Assembly (NCBI RefSeq): GCF_001194135.2
Contig: NC_068981.1
Location: 35,965,438-36,029,437 of the forward strand
Origin: Octopus bimaculoides
Lineage: Eukaryota
Reading direction: 5' to 3'
DNA: 64,000 nt
Made by a program: the position numbers and the translations under genes. Under the pieces are notes generated by a model. It saw only the letters and a list, made by a program, of their open reading frames with translations. It was not told the origin of the DNA and did not search any database. The stretch's first letter is position 1; the number at the start of each line of letters is the position of its first letter. Below, one piece after another: positions 24,620 through 37,949 of the stretch.

Positions 24620-25265
24620 CTTATCCTCTTTAGTTTGAATAAAATGCAATTAAAATCTTCTAAGTTGCTACAAATGATAGGCTTCTTTATTTCTGATGAT
24701 TTTTTCCCCTGTCAATCCTACATACATAAACAAATAAAAACTACATTTCAAACAGTTCCTCCAATTCAGTACTAGAAAAATACTTTAGATCTTATTTGCT
24801 TCTGACCATTTACAAAGCCCTAGTAAAACCTACACTGGTGTATTGCTCCCACCTCTAAGACAATGCTGATGCTACATTCACAAATATTGAAATAAATGAC
24901 ATCAAATAGGAAATCCATCAGATTTTCTCTCTTTGCTTATTCTATCACTGCTACTGAAGCCTCTGCTCCCTGGAACTAGATTTTACTCACAACTTCATTA
25001 CAGGTCCACACAAAACATCTATTTTTCTGTCCCTCATTAATACAGGGTACCTCATTTACCCCAAATATGTACCACTCTTGACATTTAATCATTTATTTTC
25101 AGTGCATCACCTTCCTTTCCTAACAATGGCTTTTCTACAGACATCAACTTACAGATATTGAAACTGAACATCAGCCATTCTAATCTCATCAGTCTCTGAT
25201 AGCCTATGAAGGACATGGATATTGCTCTTCTTCCCTCCTGTCCATGAGAGAGTCTCCATCTTAAC
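24620..25265 (+). mobile_element. CR1/L2-like LINE 3' fragment (RT C-terminus and 3' UTR), decayed
   Basis: Peptides SSKLLQMIGFFISDD and LLTIYKALVKPTLVYCSHL* (compare the LINE motif LYKalirPxLeYcsxvW), and IFSLCLFYHCY. Confidence 0.7.
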
Positions 25266-25574
25266 AAATACTAACCCCCCCCCCACTATTGCCATACTCA
25301 CTTGCAAGTGAGTATGACTTCATAGCATGTACCATGCTTATGGTGTTTTAAGTGCATATAAAGTTATAAGCAGATATAGACATTCTTTCCATATGCATAT
25401 AAACACACACACACAACCCACATGCACTCACATAAACACACATATTCATATAAAGCTATATCAACCCATGTCAGCTTGGAGAGATGGATGCTATAACATA
25501 GATGATATACTCTATACTTATGCACAAATAGAAACGATCACAAATATTACCAATACACACTGAATTGCATGCAT

Positions 25575-25618
<44 letters not shown>

Positions 25619-25896
25619 CGATAGATGCACCTTCCACTGCTTTCCCAGTATGTTACTTACATTTGTTCTCTGTGTAACATAATCTAAAATCTATTAGATA
25701 AATCTGTAGACTTCTCTTTCTAGTAACAACGTTAATAGAGAGATTTTCAATAATTGTCTCAGTAAACCAATATCTATGCCTATGCAAATCAGTGGCTTCA
25801 CAGAGATGTACATTCTTGAACTCTGAGCATCAATAAGAATTACTTACATGAAGTACAATCTACATATCACTTACTATTCTATATCTACCTACCTAC

Positions 25897-25930
<34 letters not shown>

Positions 25931-26059
25931 GTCTGTCTGTCTGTAAATATACATATATTGATGCATTCAAAGGCATTAATATATATACTTCAACCCATGC
26001 TAGCATGGAAAGCGGATGTTAAACGATGATGATATATATGTATGTATATATATATNNNN

Positions 26060-26670
26060 NNNNNNGTGTGTGTGTGTGTGTTTGTTTACATTTGTGCTTC
26101 TCTGGAAATTTCTCAACTACAAGCAGTGTTGTCATTTCTCCTGACATCCAGTCACTCACTGGCTTTGCAATTCCAAAGCCTTATACAATAAGACTCCTCT
26201 TGAAAACAACTAAGAGGTAGTTACAGGAAGGACATCACTTCCTGTTGAAAAAGAATTCATAACTCCAACTAAAAATATTTGTCTCCCCTTACACACACTT
26301 CCTGTTTTGACACCACACTTCCTGCTTAACACAAACTTTTAACCCTTTTTTAAACCTAACACAACTCTCAATTTTCATGCATCCCTATTTTTCCAACCAT
26401 TATATACATGAACTACCATTGAACTTCAAAAGCTCAACGACAATATAATGTATTGGTATATTTATTTTTTTATGTATTATTTTTTTTATATATTATTTTC
26501 TTCATTTTGTACTTCTTTGTAAAAAACATTTTCATTCTCCTTCTTCTTGATAATTTGCTTCACAATGAAAACCGGTTAGAAATCTTTTATTAAAATATGC
26601 TTCCAGTTTAGCATTCTGCCTTTTTTTCATTTTCCTATTATTTCTCCACATGCGGTTAACACAACCCCAC
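26060..26670 (+). mobile_element. Possible Penelope-like terminal region with a decayed hammerhead motif at 26544-26581
   Basis: The motif reads ttc-TTGATAA-tttg cttca caat-GAA-aaccggtt-A-gaa. It is followed by an AT-rich tail and (TA)n. Confidence 0.35.
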
Positions 26671-26707
26671 TATTTACTGACTTATATATATATATATATA
26701 TATATAT

Positions 26708-27528
26708 AGCATCAGTTGTGGCGTGCAAGAGAGACGATTGCGCTGGTATGGACATGTGGTGAGAATGGAGGAGGATAGCTGCGTGAAAAAGTGCCACACC
26801 CTAACAGTTGAGGGAACCCGTGGAAGAGGTAGGCCCAGGAAGACCTGGGCTGAGGTGGTGAGGCAAGACCTTCGTACATTGGGCCTCANNNNNNNNNNNN
26901 NNNNNNNNNNNNNNNNNNNNNNNNNNNNNNNNNNNNNNNNNNNNNNNNNNNNNNNNNNNNNNNNNNNNNNNNNNNNNNNNNNNNNNNNNNNNNNNNNNNN
27001 NNNNNNNNNNNNNNNNNNNNNNNNNNNNNNNNNNNNNNNNNNNNNNNNNNNNNNNNNNNNNNNNNNNNNNNNNNNNNNNNNNNNNNNNNNNNNNNNNNNN
27101 NNNNNNNNNNNNNNNNNNNNNNNNNNNNNNNNNNNNNNNNNNNNNNNNNNNNNNNNNNNNNNNNNNNNNNNNNNNNNNNNNNNNNNNNNNNNNNNNNNNN
27201 NNNNNNNNNNNNNNNNNNNNNNNNNNNNNNNNNNNNNNNNNNNNNNNNNNNNNNNNNNNNNNNNNNNNNNNNNNNNNNNNNNNNNNNNNNNNNNNNNNNN
27301 NNNNNNNNNNNNNNNNNNNNNNNNNNNNNNNNNNNNNNNNNNNNNNNNNNNNNNNNNNNNNNNNNNNNNNNNNNNNNNNNNNNNNNNNNNNNNNNNNNNN
27401 NNNNNNNNNNNNNNNNNNNNNNNNNNNNNNNNNNNNNNNNNNNNNNNNNNNNNNNNNNNNNNNNNNNNNNNNNNNNNNNNNNNNNNNNNNNNNNNNNNNN
27501 GGAAAGCGGACGTTAAACGATGATGATG

Positions 27529-27530
<2 letters not shown>
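26708..27530 (+). mobile_element. RTE-clade LINE, 5'-truncated 3' end, interrupted by an N gap
   Basis: Peptide QERRLRWYGHVVRMEEDSCVKKCHTLTVEGTRGRGRPRKTWAEVVRQDLRTLGL. It ends ggaaagcggacgttaaacgatgatgatgat and has (TA)n on both sides. Confidence 0.95.
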
Positions 27531-27607
<77 letters not shown>

Positions 27608-30600
27608 CTGTGTATATGTACATTTATAGATGACAGCCTGTGTGAGTAGTATGTAATACAACAGATTTGGTACCTTTGCAAACAAATAGTCACTGAAGTG
27701 AACAGGATTTACTGAGAGAAACCTTACAATCTATCTTGAAGTATACATACATCCATTCACACACACTTTAAAAATCAAGGGTAAGCTGAATAAACAATAC
27801 AAAGCAAAGTTATCAAATAGAGATGTGAGGTTGCTGTTCAAGATCTCCTTAACTGGCTAACCATTAGAGTGAGTAAAAGGTAGAATAGTGAGCTTCAAGA
27901 ATTAAATTATGCTCTTTGAGCTTTCAGAAAGAACAAGCACTGAGTAACAGAATATTTTTAATAAACCCTTTTTGGTATAATACCAAAGACATAGATACCA
28001 TAGAAAGAATCTCAATAAATAGATTTAAAATTTCATTTACTTTTGGTACATGCAACAGGTTAAGATCTCACTTTTGTATCTTTGATCATCATGTTCTTTC
28101 TTGTTTTTTTTTTCTTTTTATTTTCATCATTCAAAGCTTGGAAAATATAAAATTGATGTTTTGCTAAAGGAATATAATAAACATCCTGTAAAATTTTCTA
28201 TACAAAATCCTGTTTTTAAATTTGAAATTCAAATTATTATTTCTTTGTTTTCTTATTTCTTTAATTATAGAATTTACTTATGTTGAAAAATATTTTGTCA
28301 GAAAAATAAAAATCTATTTAAAAATAATTATCTATTTTTTGTATTATTTAAATTTTTCTTTTTTAATCTACAATTCTATTATGAAAATTGTTACAGGCAA
28401 AAATTCAGTGGGGGAAAATAATCCAGATTAGAAAATGTTATAGAGAATAAAAAGAAAAAGAAAGAAACATTCTTCAAGGTTAAATTAATCTTAATGTAAT
28501 TTTATTCAAAAGTCAATAAAATATATAAAAAATAATCTAGAATATTTTATTCACATTTTCCCTGACATAATTTATACATTTTATTTGAGATTTTTTCTGT
28601 CTGATTTATGAAGTGCAATACTAAGGCCTTTGCTTAATACAGAAAATTAAAACCAATAAAGCAGCATATTCAGATTCATAAAGAATTGGTTTGCTTCAAA
28701 ACTCTGCATTTGAATATATTCATACCAGCTCATTAAATTGCAAGAATATTTTTCCCCATTTGTAAAGAACTTTATAATTTACACATGATTCTAAAATGTG
28801 TGGAAAATATGCTCTTTCCATATTAAGGAGCACATTATATTAAACAACAATTATATTCTGTAGCTTCTATTGGTAAAAATAAATTAAATGACACTATTTA
28901 AAATAAAATTTCATATTATTTGAACTGTAAAAGATTACAGATAAGTCGTTGTTTCCTCTGGGCAGTTCTGGAAACTGGAAGCCAAGAGCAAGTTACTCTT
29001 TTTATGAGATCTCTGTACTTTGTTATTCTCTTTTAAAGTATTTCCTCTGATTTTGGAAGAATGTTTTCTCTGTTAACATTAAAAAAAAAAAAAATCATTT
29101 ATAAATTTATTTTAATTCTAATTTCAGCAAATTTTCAGTTTTCTGCTTTTAATTTTAAAAATTGAAATTAGAAATAATTAAAAAGGAAATGAAATTTTGG
29201 TATTCAGCAGTATGAAACTGATACTAATAATTTGATCCTTTTTTTATAACTGTTTGACAAAAGATTCTAACATGAAAAACATGTCAAGTAGATTACCTTC
29301 TGGGTAAATGCACCGTGACAAACACTGAGGCACATTTTAGTTCATTTACTCAAGCCATTAGTTCTATAGCATGTTTCTGACATTTACAGTTTAGTTTATC
29401 TCCTTTAGATCAGAATAACACTCTAAAATCCTTGGCTATATTCACTGAAGGTTTATAGATAGGCATCAAGTAATTTTAAAGCTGATTTTATTTGCCTCAA
29501 GCAGTGTCACCAATTTTTGATTCACTCATTGAATATGCACTACCTAAACTTTTAGCATGAATACTAGTCATATGGTTATAACAGTCTAAGAATCAGAATT
29601 TAAGATACTAATGAAAAATTCCTTGCATATCTTGGATACTGTGGTGATTGTTTCATTAAGTAAAATTTATTAACATAGAGAAGACAGTCTCCTGATCTGT
29701 GACAAAAAGGTTTTTCAGTTATTTGTCAGCGACTTTTGACACATTGTTCATCCTATCTGCCAATTCCTATTGGTGATACCACAGCTGTCACTTGCAAGAA
29801 TTATTTTCATGTGTTCCACCAGCTAGTCATGTTTTCTTCTTGATTTGCTTTCACTTGTTTTGAAATTCTTATTTTACTCCAATGTCAAAATAATTGAACT
29901 TTCTCTTGTGCTACACAACTCACTGTAGAACACACCTCCTTTCCATAGAAGATTCCACTCATTCACTCTTTATTATTATTCAGCACTAATCTCTTCCCAA
30001 GGAATTCCGGTTAAAGAATGGGAAATATTTAATAGGTTTATGAGGGAAGTCTGATGCACAACTACTTCAAATTTGCATGTAGAACATAGGTTGGTTATTG
30101 ATTAATTTTTTTATATTACATGTATGTGAGTGTGTTTGGAGGGTGGTGCTATTTTCAACACATCCACATGTCAGTTTACATGTGAAAATGAAACAAAGCC
30201 CACAAAGTAGGTCCTGTCTCATTTGAATATATTAAATGATGGCTCTACTACTGTGGTTACTACTACTACAACTACTACTTGTAGTAGTAGTAGTTATCAA
30301 AATAATAACAATAGACATATAAAAAGTTATTGTAAACATATGGATAGGCCCTTTAACTCTTGATTTTATAGAGTTTTATCTTAATTGCTAGTGTAAAGCA
30401 AAGGAACTTGTATTTGTCAGGAGGAAGTTATGAGTCTAAAATTTTTAGTTCAAGCAATAATTTACTATCCTTAAGTCCTTTCATAGTTAAAATAATAAGT
30501 ACTAGTTTGATTAAAAAGAGTTCTTAGATGTCCAGCTGAATATACAATTAACATTATAGTTAATTGTTACAAGGTTTGAGTTATTGCAGAAATTTATGGT

Positions 30601-30745
30601 AGGTGAATTGCTACTATCATGTCCATGATTCAAATGTATATCTCATGTGTTCAATGCAACTAAAACTGAAATAAACTTCTAATATTCAAGTCAACCTTGT
30701 TTTGAAACTCTATTAATAAAATAACTGATGCAGAATATTGATATA

Positions 30746-30920
30746 CAGGGTGGTGCAAAAGTCAAGCACCAGTGAAATAACACTTTGCCATAACATCTTT
30801 ATGTTTGTTATATTTTGTAAGTAAATGTGATAAATGTTTATAAAATGATGATTATTTTTATTTTAGAACCATGTCCGAAATATTGTAATGTTAATTTCAC
30901 CAGCTGATTGACTGGCAGAT
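30746..30920 (+). mobile_element. Tc1/mariner-type terminal fragment
   Basis: TA followed by cagggtggtgcaaaagtc, a typical CAGGGTG terminus. No partner TIR was found. Confidence 0.45.
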
Positions 30921-30929
30921 GAGGCTTGT

Positions 30930-31126
30930 TGTGTATTTGTATGCATGCCCCTTTGTGCCTGTGTTTGTCACACCATTTTACAACTGGTGTTAGTTTGTTT
31001 TATTTTCATATTATTTAGCATTTTGGTTAAAAGGGACACATAGAATCAGTATTGGACTTAAATATATATTCTGGAGTTGATTTGATCAACTAAAACCTTC
31101 AAAGCAAGGCTGAAACAAGTAAAAGA
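30930..31126 (+). mobile_element. SINE 3' part ending gactgaaacaagtaaaaga; a better copy lies at ~58150-58245
   Basis: The copy at 58150 reads ctaggcttctaaagaataagtcctggggtcgatttgctcgactaaaggcggtgctccagcatggccacagtcaaaagactgaaacaagtaaaaga. Confidence 0.7.
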
Positions 31127-31725
31127 ACACTATTATTCTTTTATTCTTTAAATGTTCAGTTATTGCTCTTTTGCTTTACAATTTAATCTGGGGGAGAAGG
31201 GCAGAGCTAATAACGTTTTGTAGCCATTCTACAAAACCTTTTTGATATAAACATAGGTACACCTTTATGTACATGCATAAATACAGGCGCATTTGTACAT
31301 GTATATAAATATGATGTTAGTGGTAAATCAGAAGCCATAGTAAAAGACCTGAGGTGCTGCAAAATGGGATTAAACCTGAAATTATGCAGTTATGAAGTGG
31401 ACTTTTTATCTGCACATCCAAGTTTAAGTACTTTTAAAAGCATATTGGTTTGTACTTTATAATAGTTATTTAGCCCTTGGTCATCCCAATCAAGCTGACC
31501 CATGATCAAAGGCAGTCTAGACCGAACTATATCATCTTGTGTTCAATGAATTCTTGAGAAATAGTGGTGAGGTCAGGCCTGAAAATATTGGGCCTCTCAG
31601 AAGTGATGGTACACGACTAAGGTATATGTGTCTAACTAAAAAATCTCTTTCTCTGTATATGCATGTGTGTGCATATGCACACACACACATATATATAATC
31701 TATTTAGATTTATGTACATATATAC

Positions 31726-31797
<72 letters not shown>

Positions 31798-34070
31798 ATT
31801 TATGCATATATACACACACATGAATGCACACGTATACATACACAGGCTGAAATGAAGAACTTGTTGATGATGGTGACACCAATGATAATGTTAATGATGG
31901 TAAGAAGAAAAGCTGTAATTAGGCTAGTTTTTAATGTAATCAGAAGAGATACATGAAATGAATATCATATCCAATAAATTTTCATGAATTGAAAGGAATG
32001 CATATGTATTTATAAAAAAGATTTATGGAGAGAGAAGTGAAATTTGACTTACAAGCACTGCAAAATTCCTTTGATTATATAACTTTAGCTATTTCTTATA
32101 ATGTGCATTGTTACAAAGGTTTACATTGATCATGTTAAATGGTTCATTTTGGTAAGTCAGTTGATACCTTTCATTTGTAATGTCTTCTTAATATTCTACA
32201 AGAAATAATTTTGCTTTTATCCTACATGGTTTAACTGAAGCTAAAGTACAGGTCTTCATCTGTTTTGAACCTTAAATTTTTAGATGGGTCCCTTCTGATA
32301 TATGCATTTGAATCAAACCTTCTACTGGACGATAAGTTCCTCTCATTCTCTGATTAATTTCAGTGGTCTTGAAAGAGGCTTACATGAAAAGAGCTGTACC
32401 CTCTGAACACTTCTTTTCATCCACCAATTATACAATAAAATAATGTAATTATTAGGAAGGTTGTTGGAAAGCATTGGAGTGCTAGAATCAGTAGAGTGAT
32501 GGGCAAAATGCAATGCAGTATTTAGTTGCATACTTTTATACTTTGAGTTTAAAATTGTACCAAGGTTGACTTTATTTTATATTCCTTTCAGATTAATAAA
32601 ATAAGGCCAACTTGTGTCCTGCAGTTGATTTAACTGGCTATAACCATTCCCACATTTGAGCTACTGTGCCTTTGTCAGAAATTAATATTGTTGTTGCTAC
32701 TGTTGGTTTATTACTGTTTTAATTGTTACAATTTGTTTTTACTTCCAAATAAAGCTGGGTCAGGCTCAACTATTTTCAAAATTTGAACTAAATTGACAAA
32801 AAAAATTATTAAAAAGATTTTCTGACTTTCATGATCGACTTTACATACACACACACACACACACACACAGATTTCTCTCTTTTCACATCACTCAGTTGCT
32901 TAGCTTATTTGCTTTCCATTCCTTTTGCTGTTATTCACTGAAATTATATAATTTCCTGTTTAATCATTTGCTATAAATATGGAAATAAATGAAAACTGTC
33001 TACCAATTTGTAGAATCCCCGAAGCCAAGCTGTTACAATGGGAATACTTTAACCCAGGTCACATTTTATTTGCTTGTGAATGAGACAGAATGTATATATA
33101 CCACCCCAACCAAGGCCATCACCTATGTCAAGCTCATCCCCACTACTCATACCAAATAAATAAACTCTAAAATAAAAGTATAAAAACAGATTTTGTCACT
33201 CAAAAAAAATTGTTAAAATGAACACTAAAAAATGGTTAAATGCTATTAATGATTAAAAAAGTATGCAACAGTATAAACAAAAATCATGAAAAAATGGATG
33301 ATGGGGGACACTTCAAAATGGAAGCTTTTTTATGTGAGTAGAAATGTGAGGATACAGAAAAAAGAAAAAAATTAAAGAGGAAATTATATCTTTACACTAA
33401 GAGAAATTGAAAATTTAATTTCTCAACAGTTCAGGATAATTTTTCACAACTTCAGTTAGAATTTAAGAAAAATTTAAAAATCTAAAAATTTTCTATGATA
33501 ACATAATGTTGTCAAACTATGTCACTTTCATTTTCTTTCATTTCACTTACTGCTTCTTCTCTCATCCAACTTTCAACTCCTCATGCCTCTTATTTGCTAT
33601 TTCCTGCTGTTGTTTCTTCCTTTTTCCATTTTTTAAATTCTTCTTCTACTTCTTGCTACTACTACAACTACTACTACTACTACTACTACTACTAATAATA
33701 ATAATAATAATAATAATTATGATAAGGATAATGATGATGAGGTTGTAGAGAGAAATGGTAGAGTATCTGACAAAACGTGTTTCAGTATTTAGTTTTATCT
33801 AATCCTGCTTAATTCGACACAGCCTGTCATTTTCTTGAGAAAGAAAATTCATACCAAGAATGTATTGGAGTTAATGCAGTTCACAAATCCAAATCTTGAA
33901 AATATGTGTCCTTGTGCCGGGTGATATTTTAAGGTAACATTTCCGTGAACTGCATTTGCTTTATAGTTTGGTTTTTAATATTGAAAATCATTTCACTTAC
34001 ACTACTAATTTATTTTGGAAAGGCTTTAATAACAGTTTCTTCACATCTAAGACTATCTGATTTCATACAG

Positions 34071-34101
34071 TCATTATCAAAATCTGCCACCTTGTGAACT
34101 G
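34071..34101 (+). CDS. Candidate 31-nt exon (xHYQNLPPCEL or xIIKICHLVNx)
   Basis: Acceptor gatttcatacag and donor ctg|gtaagt. Confidence 0.25.
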
Positions 34102-35423
34102 GTAAGTGTATTGCAAGAGATACAATCTTTGCCTTTCTGTCTTGCTCAGTAATCAGCTAATCCCATGCTTTTGTTAATTTTCTGTACTGTTCATTCTTTG
34201 GTCTTGCTTAAAAAACCCCTTCAGAATCCTTTCTATACCAATTTTATTGAGGGTTGACCATATCAGTTTCTTTTGAATAGTTAAACTAACTCTCATTAGT
34301 TGAACTTTATCAACTCTGAATATCAAGGCATGTAACAAAAGTACCACAAGGCTTTTTGTTCACTGCTTTCCTAAGTCTACCATTCTATCAAACTTGAACT
34401 GTCTGTAGTAATGAATTAAATTGATCTCCACATGCATGACAATTAGTCATTTTAATGACTCAAAAAATAGTAAAGCAAAGTAAACCCCTTCAAGGGTTTA
34501 CCTTGCCTTTCTACTTTCCAAGTTGAAACCCATCAGGTTTTCAACTTGGAATACAGAAGAACAACTCCAAATGATTGCTAGTGATGTAATCAAATATTCT
34601 GTTGTTCTTGTTATTTCACTTTCCTAAGCCTATCTGTAATTATTCAACCGGTTGTAATCAAATAATGTATAGCAAAAAATGCATTGAAATTTCAAGTCAG
34701 TATAGAGAATGACATATCAAGTACATGGCAGCACTTGCTACCCTAAATGTCCATGCTATAAATTATTGAACAAAATGGACCAGAAATGTGAGCCCATACC
34801 CTATCCATACACACTCTCACAAAAAGCCACAGCAACAAGGGAAAATGAACTCTGAATCCTAACATAAAACGATCTCTTTAGATCTGTGTTTATTCATTGC
34901 TCTATTCTATATTTTTATCCTTTCTTCAATATTTCTTCAACAAAATCACTTTCTCATCTTTCATCTTTAAAAAAAATCCCAAACTCCATTAAATTGGTAG
35001 TCATAGCTTCAAAATAGTTTTATTTTCTTTTGCAATCAGACATCTTTCTTACATCCTGCCTTGATCATCTAAAAAAAAGGTACAAACAAATACAACAAAA
35101 TAAACATGTGTCCATCATGGATATTTGTTTGTTGTTGTTGTTTGTATAGGAAGTAGTAATGTCAAAGACTTCTGCTTTCTTTGATAACTAACAGCATCTT
35201 AACAATTCCTCTATTATCAAACAAGTAGAAAATCTCAGTTTATTATATTATAATTTTTTGTCATAATCATTCTGATTACACACACATATATACACATACA
35301 TATAAACACAGCTATGTAAACATATATATTGGTAACTCTCTCTCTCTCTCTATACTTATATATATTGGTAGGATGGGTAGGCTGTATTTATCAGTTTGTT
35401 TAATTCATTATTGAATTTTTCAG

Positions 35424-35499
35424 AGTTTGCATGGAAAAAAAATGATCACCAGACTGTTAATATGTTAGAAGATGGAAAGTTAGAAGAAAGGGAGAATAA
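35424..35499 (+). CDS. Candidate 76-nt exon, phase 1->2, xFAWKKNDHQTVNMLEDGKLEEREN
   Basis: Acceptor tgaatttttcag and donor aa|gtaagt. The frame is open up to the donor and stops immediately after it. Confidence 0.3.
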
Positions 35500-37026
35500 G
35501 TAAGTTCAGCAGACAAAACGAAGAAGAATTTAGAGAAGAGATGGAGTAAAATTTTGAAATGAGAGCATTAAATACCATATTCTGATAGAAACCAACACTA
35601 TGTATTTGACTTTGAAAGAAAGATTGAGACATTTTAGTTGAAAGACAAGGTGAGTAACTAATATTAAAGTATTTTTACAATTGCATGAGTGGATCTAATT
35701 TCTAGAACTTAGTTGTTTTCAATTGCTGAAGAATTAGAAAACGTATAAAAGTTTAAACAGGATGATTAAGTTAGGTATTCTATAGTTTAGTTGAATAAAG
35801 AAATTTATGACATCGTAAAGTTATGAGATTATATGAATTTCTACAGAATTAGAGAAACCCTAGAAGTCATAGAAATGTTGTTAGATTGGTTGATAAATAA
35901 TTAAAATATTGTCAGATTAGAAGAACTACAATAATCATAGAACAAGAAATAAAGAGAAGACTCTAGGCAACATAATAAATTTATGAAGTGACTCTAAATT
36001 TTCATGTTATTAAGTATTGGTAAGGTAATAAAAAGTTGAATAATTATATAGAAATATATCGTTTATCATTTACTTGTTTCAGTTGTTGATCTGTGGCCAT
36101 GCTGGTGCACCAACTTGAAGTTTCAGTTGAACAAATTGACCCTAGTATTTATTTTTTAAAGTCCAGTACTTATTCTATCGATCTCTTTGGCTGAATCACT
36201 AGTTACAATCACATAAAGAAACCAACACTGGTTATTAAACCAACAGTGGTGTGTAGGTATGGGGAGACAAACACAAAGACACACACACACACATGCATAC
36301 TCAGGCATGCACACACACACACACATGATGAGTTCCCACACAGTTTTCTTTTACTAAATTCATTCACAATGCATTGATTGGTCTGGGGCTATAGTAAAAG
36401 AGACTTGACCAAGATACCACACATGTGACTGAACCTGGAATCATGTTGTTGCAAAGTGAGCTTTGTTAAATTGAAAGTAATAAAAAGTAGTTAAACTGAA
36501 AAAAAAATTAAATAAAAATAATTTTGGAATTAGAATAAATTGAAAGATATGTTCACTAGTGTATTTAAATCCTGTGAGAATCAGAAAAGAAAGTAAACTT
36601 TTATTAGTGAACTAATATGAAGGCTGATAACTAATGTAGCCTAGATGTTTATGAGAGAATGTTATATAAAAGTATGAATGCAAGAAGTGAAGAAATAGAA
36701 AAATGAAAAAGACAGGAATTGCTTAATTGTGGATACAAATATATGATAGCTAATAAGTGCAAATATCTAGTGAAAAATCACTAAACAACAATTATGTTAA
36801 AAGATAGTAACATTTCATTATATAAATAAATATATGTTAGAACAAAATATATATGCGCAAGGAGCTGCTCAAAGAAGACCTTAAAATTATACAAATACGT
36901 ATGAATGCAAGAAAAAAGCTGTTAGGTTATGACCTGGTTTTTGCATAAATGCCAACATCTAAGGCTTGCACATGGGCATAAAAATACACCAACTTATTTA
37001 TTAAAATACCTACATACTCTCTCAGC

Positions 37027-37090
<64 letters not shown>

Positions 37091-37256
37091 NNNNNNNNNN
37101 NNNNNNNNNNNNNNNNNNNNNNNNNNNNNNNNNNNNNNNNNNNNNNNNNNNNNNNNNNNNNNNNNNNNNNNNNNNNNNNNNNNNNNNNNNNNNNNNNNNN
37201 NNNNNNNNNNNNNNNNNNNNNNNNNNNNNNNNNNNNNNNNNNNNNNNNNNNNNNNN

Positions 37257-37317
<61 letters not shown>

Positions 37318-37949
37318 AAAATATGTGTGTACATATGCTTCAATATCCTACACCTGCATACATTCATATACAGGTAAAAGATGTAAACACTTATGAGGGC
37401 AGAGTAGTGCATGTATGGAATAGAAAAGGATATTGTAAGTGGGGAAAATTATGCAAAAACAAATAATAAAAAAAACGGAAAAGCAAATAAATATATAATT
37501 GTTCACTTTCTTGTCTCATCAAATATTTCTAAACTGAATCAAACAACCTAACTGGTAATAATCACATCAGCCCTAGTACTTTCCTGCTAAATTCTAATTG
37601 TTGAGCTAAGAATGCAGTTTACCAGTGTGCATAAATACCAATAACTCTCTTCAGGAAAACATTATCTCAGTTCTGATTTATTTATACAGCTGCAATCAAA
37701 ATATTCATACATTCATAAATTCAGTCTCATGGAACAACACTTTGCTATCCTACTACATTTGGAATTTTGATACATAGAATAAATGAAGTAACTTAAGATG
37801 AGCCATCTTATCTAAAGTAAAATCTTACTCAGAAATAAAAGATCTTGTATAACTGGGAGCTTAGAAATCCTTTTTTTTTTTTTGCTAACACCTCCATCCT
37901 AAACAAATACCTTGAACAAATTTCAATTTGCTAATATTTAAAACCAAGA

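Noticed and set aside
29600-30050. Possible very old Tc1/mariner relic on the minus strand (ELADRMNNVSK..FVTDQET)
   Set aside because: The similarity is too faint and no TIRs were found.
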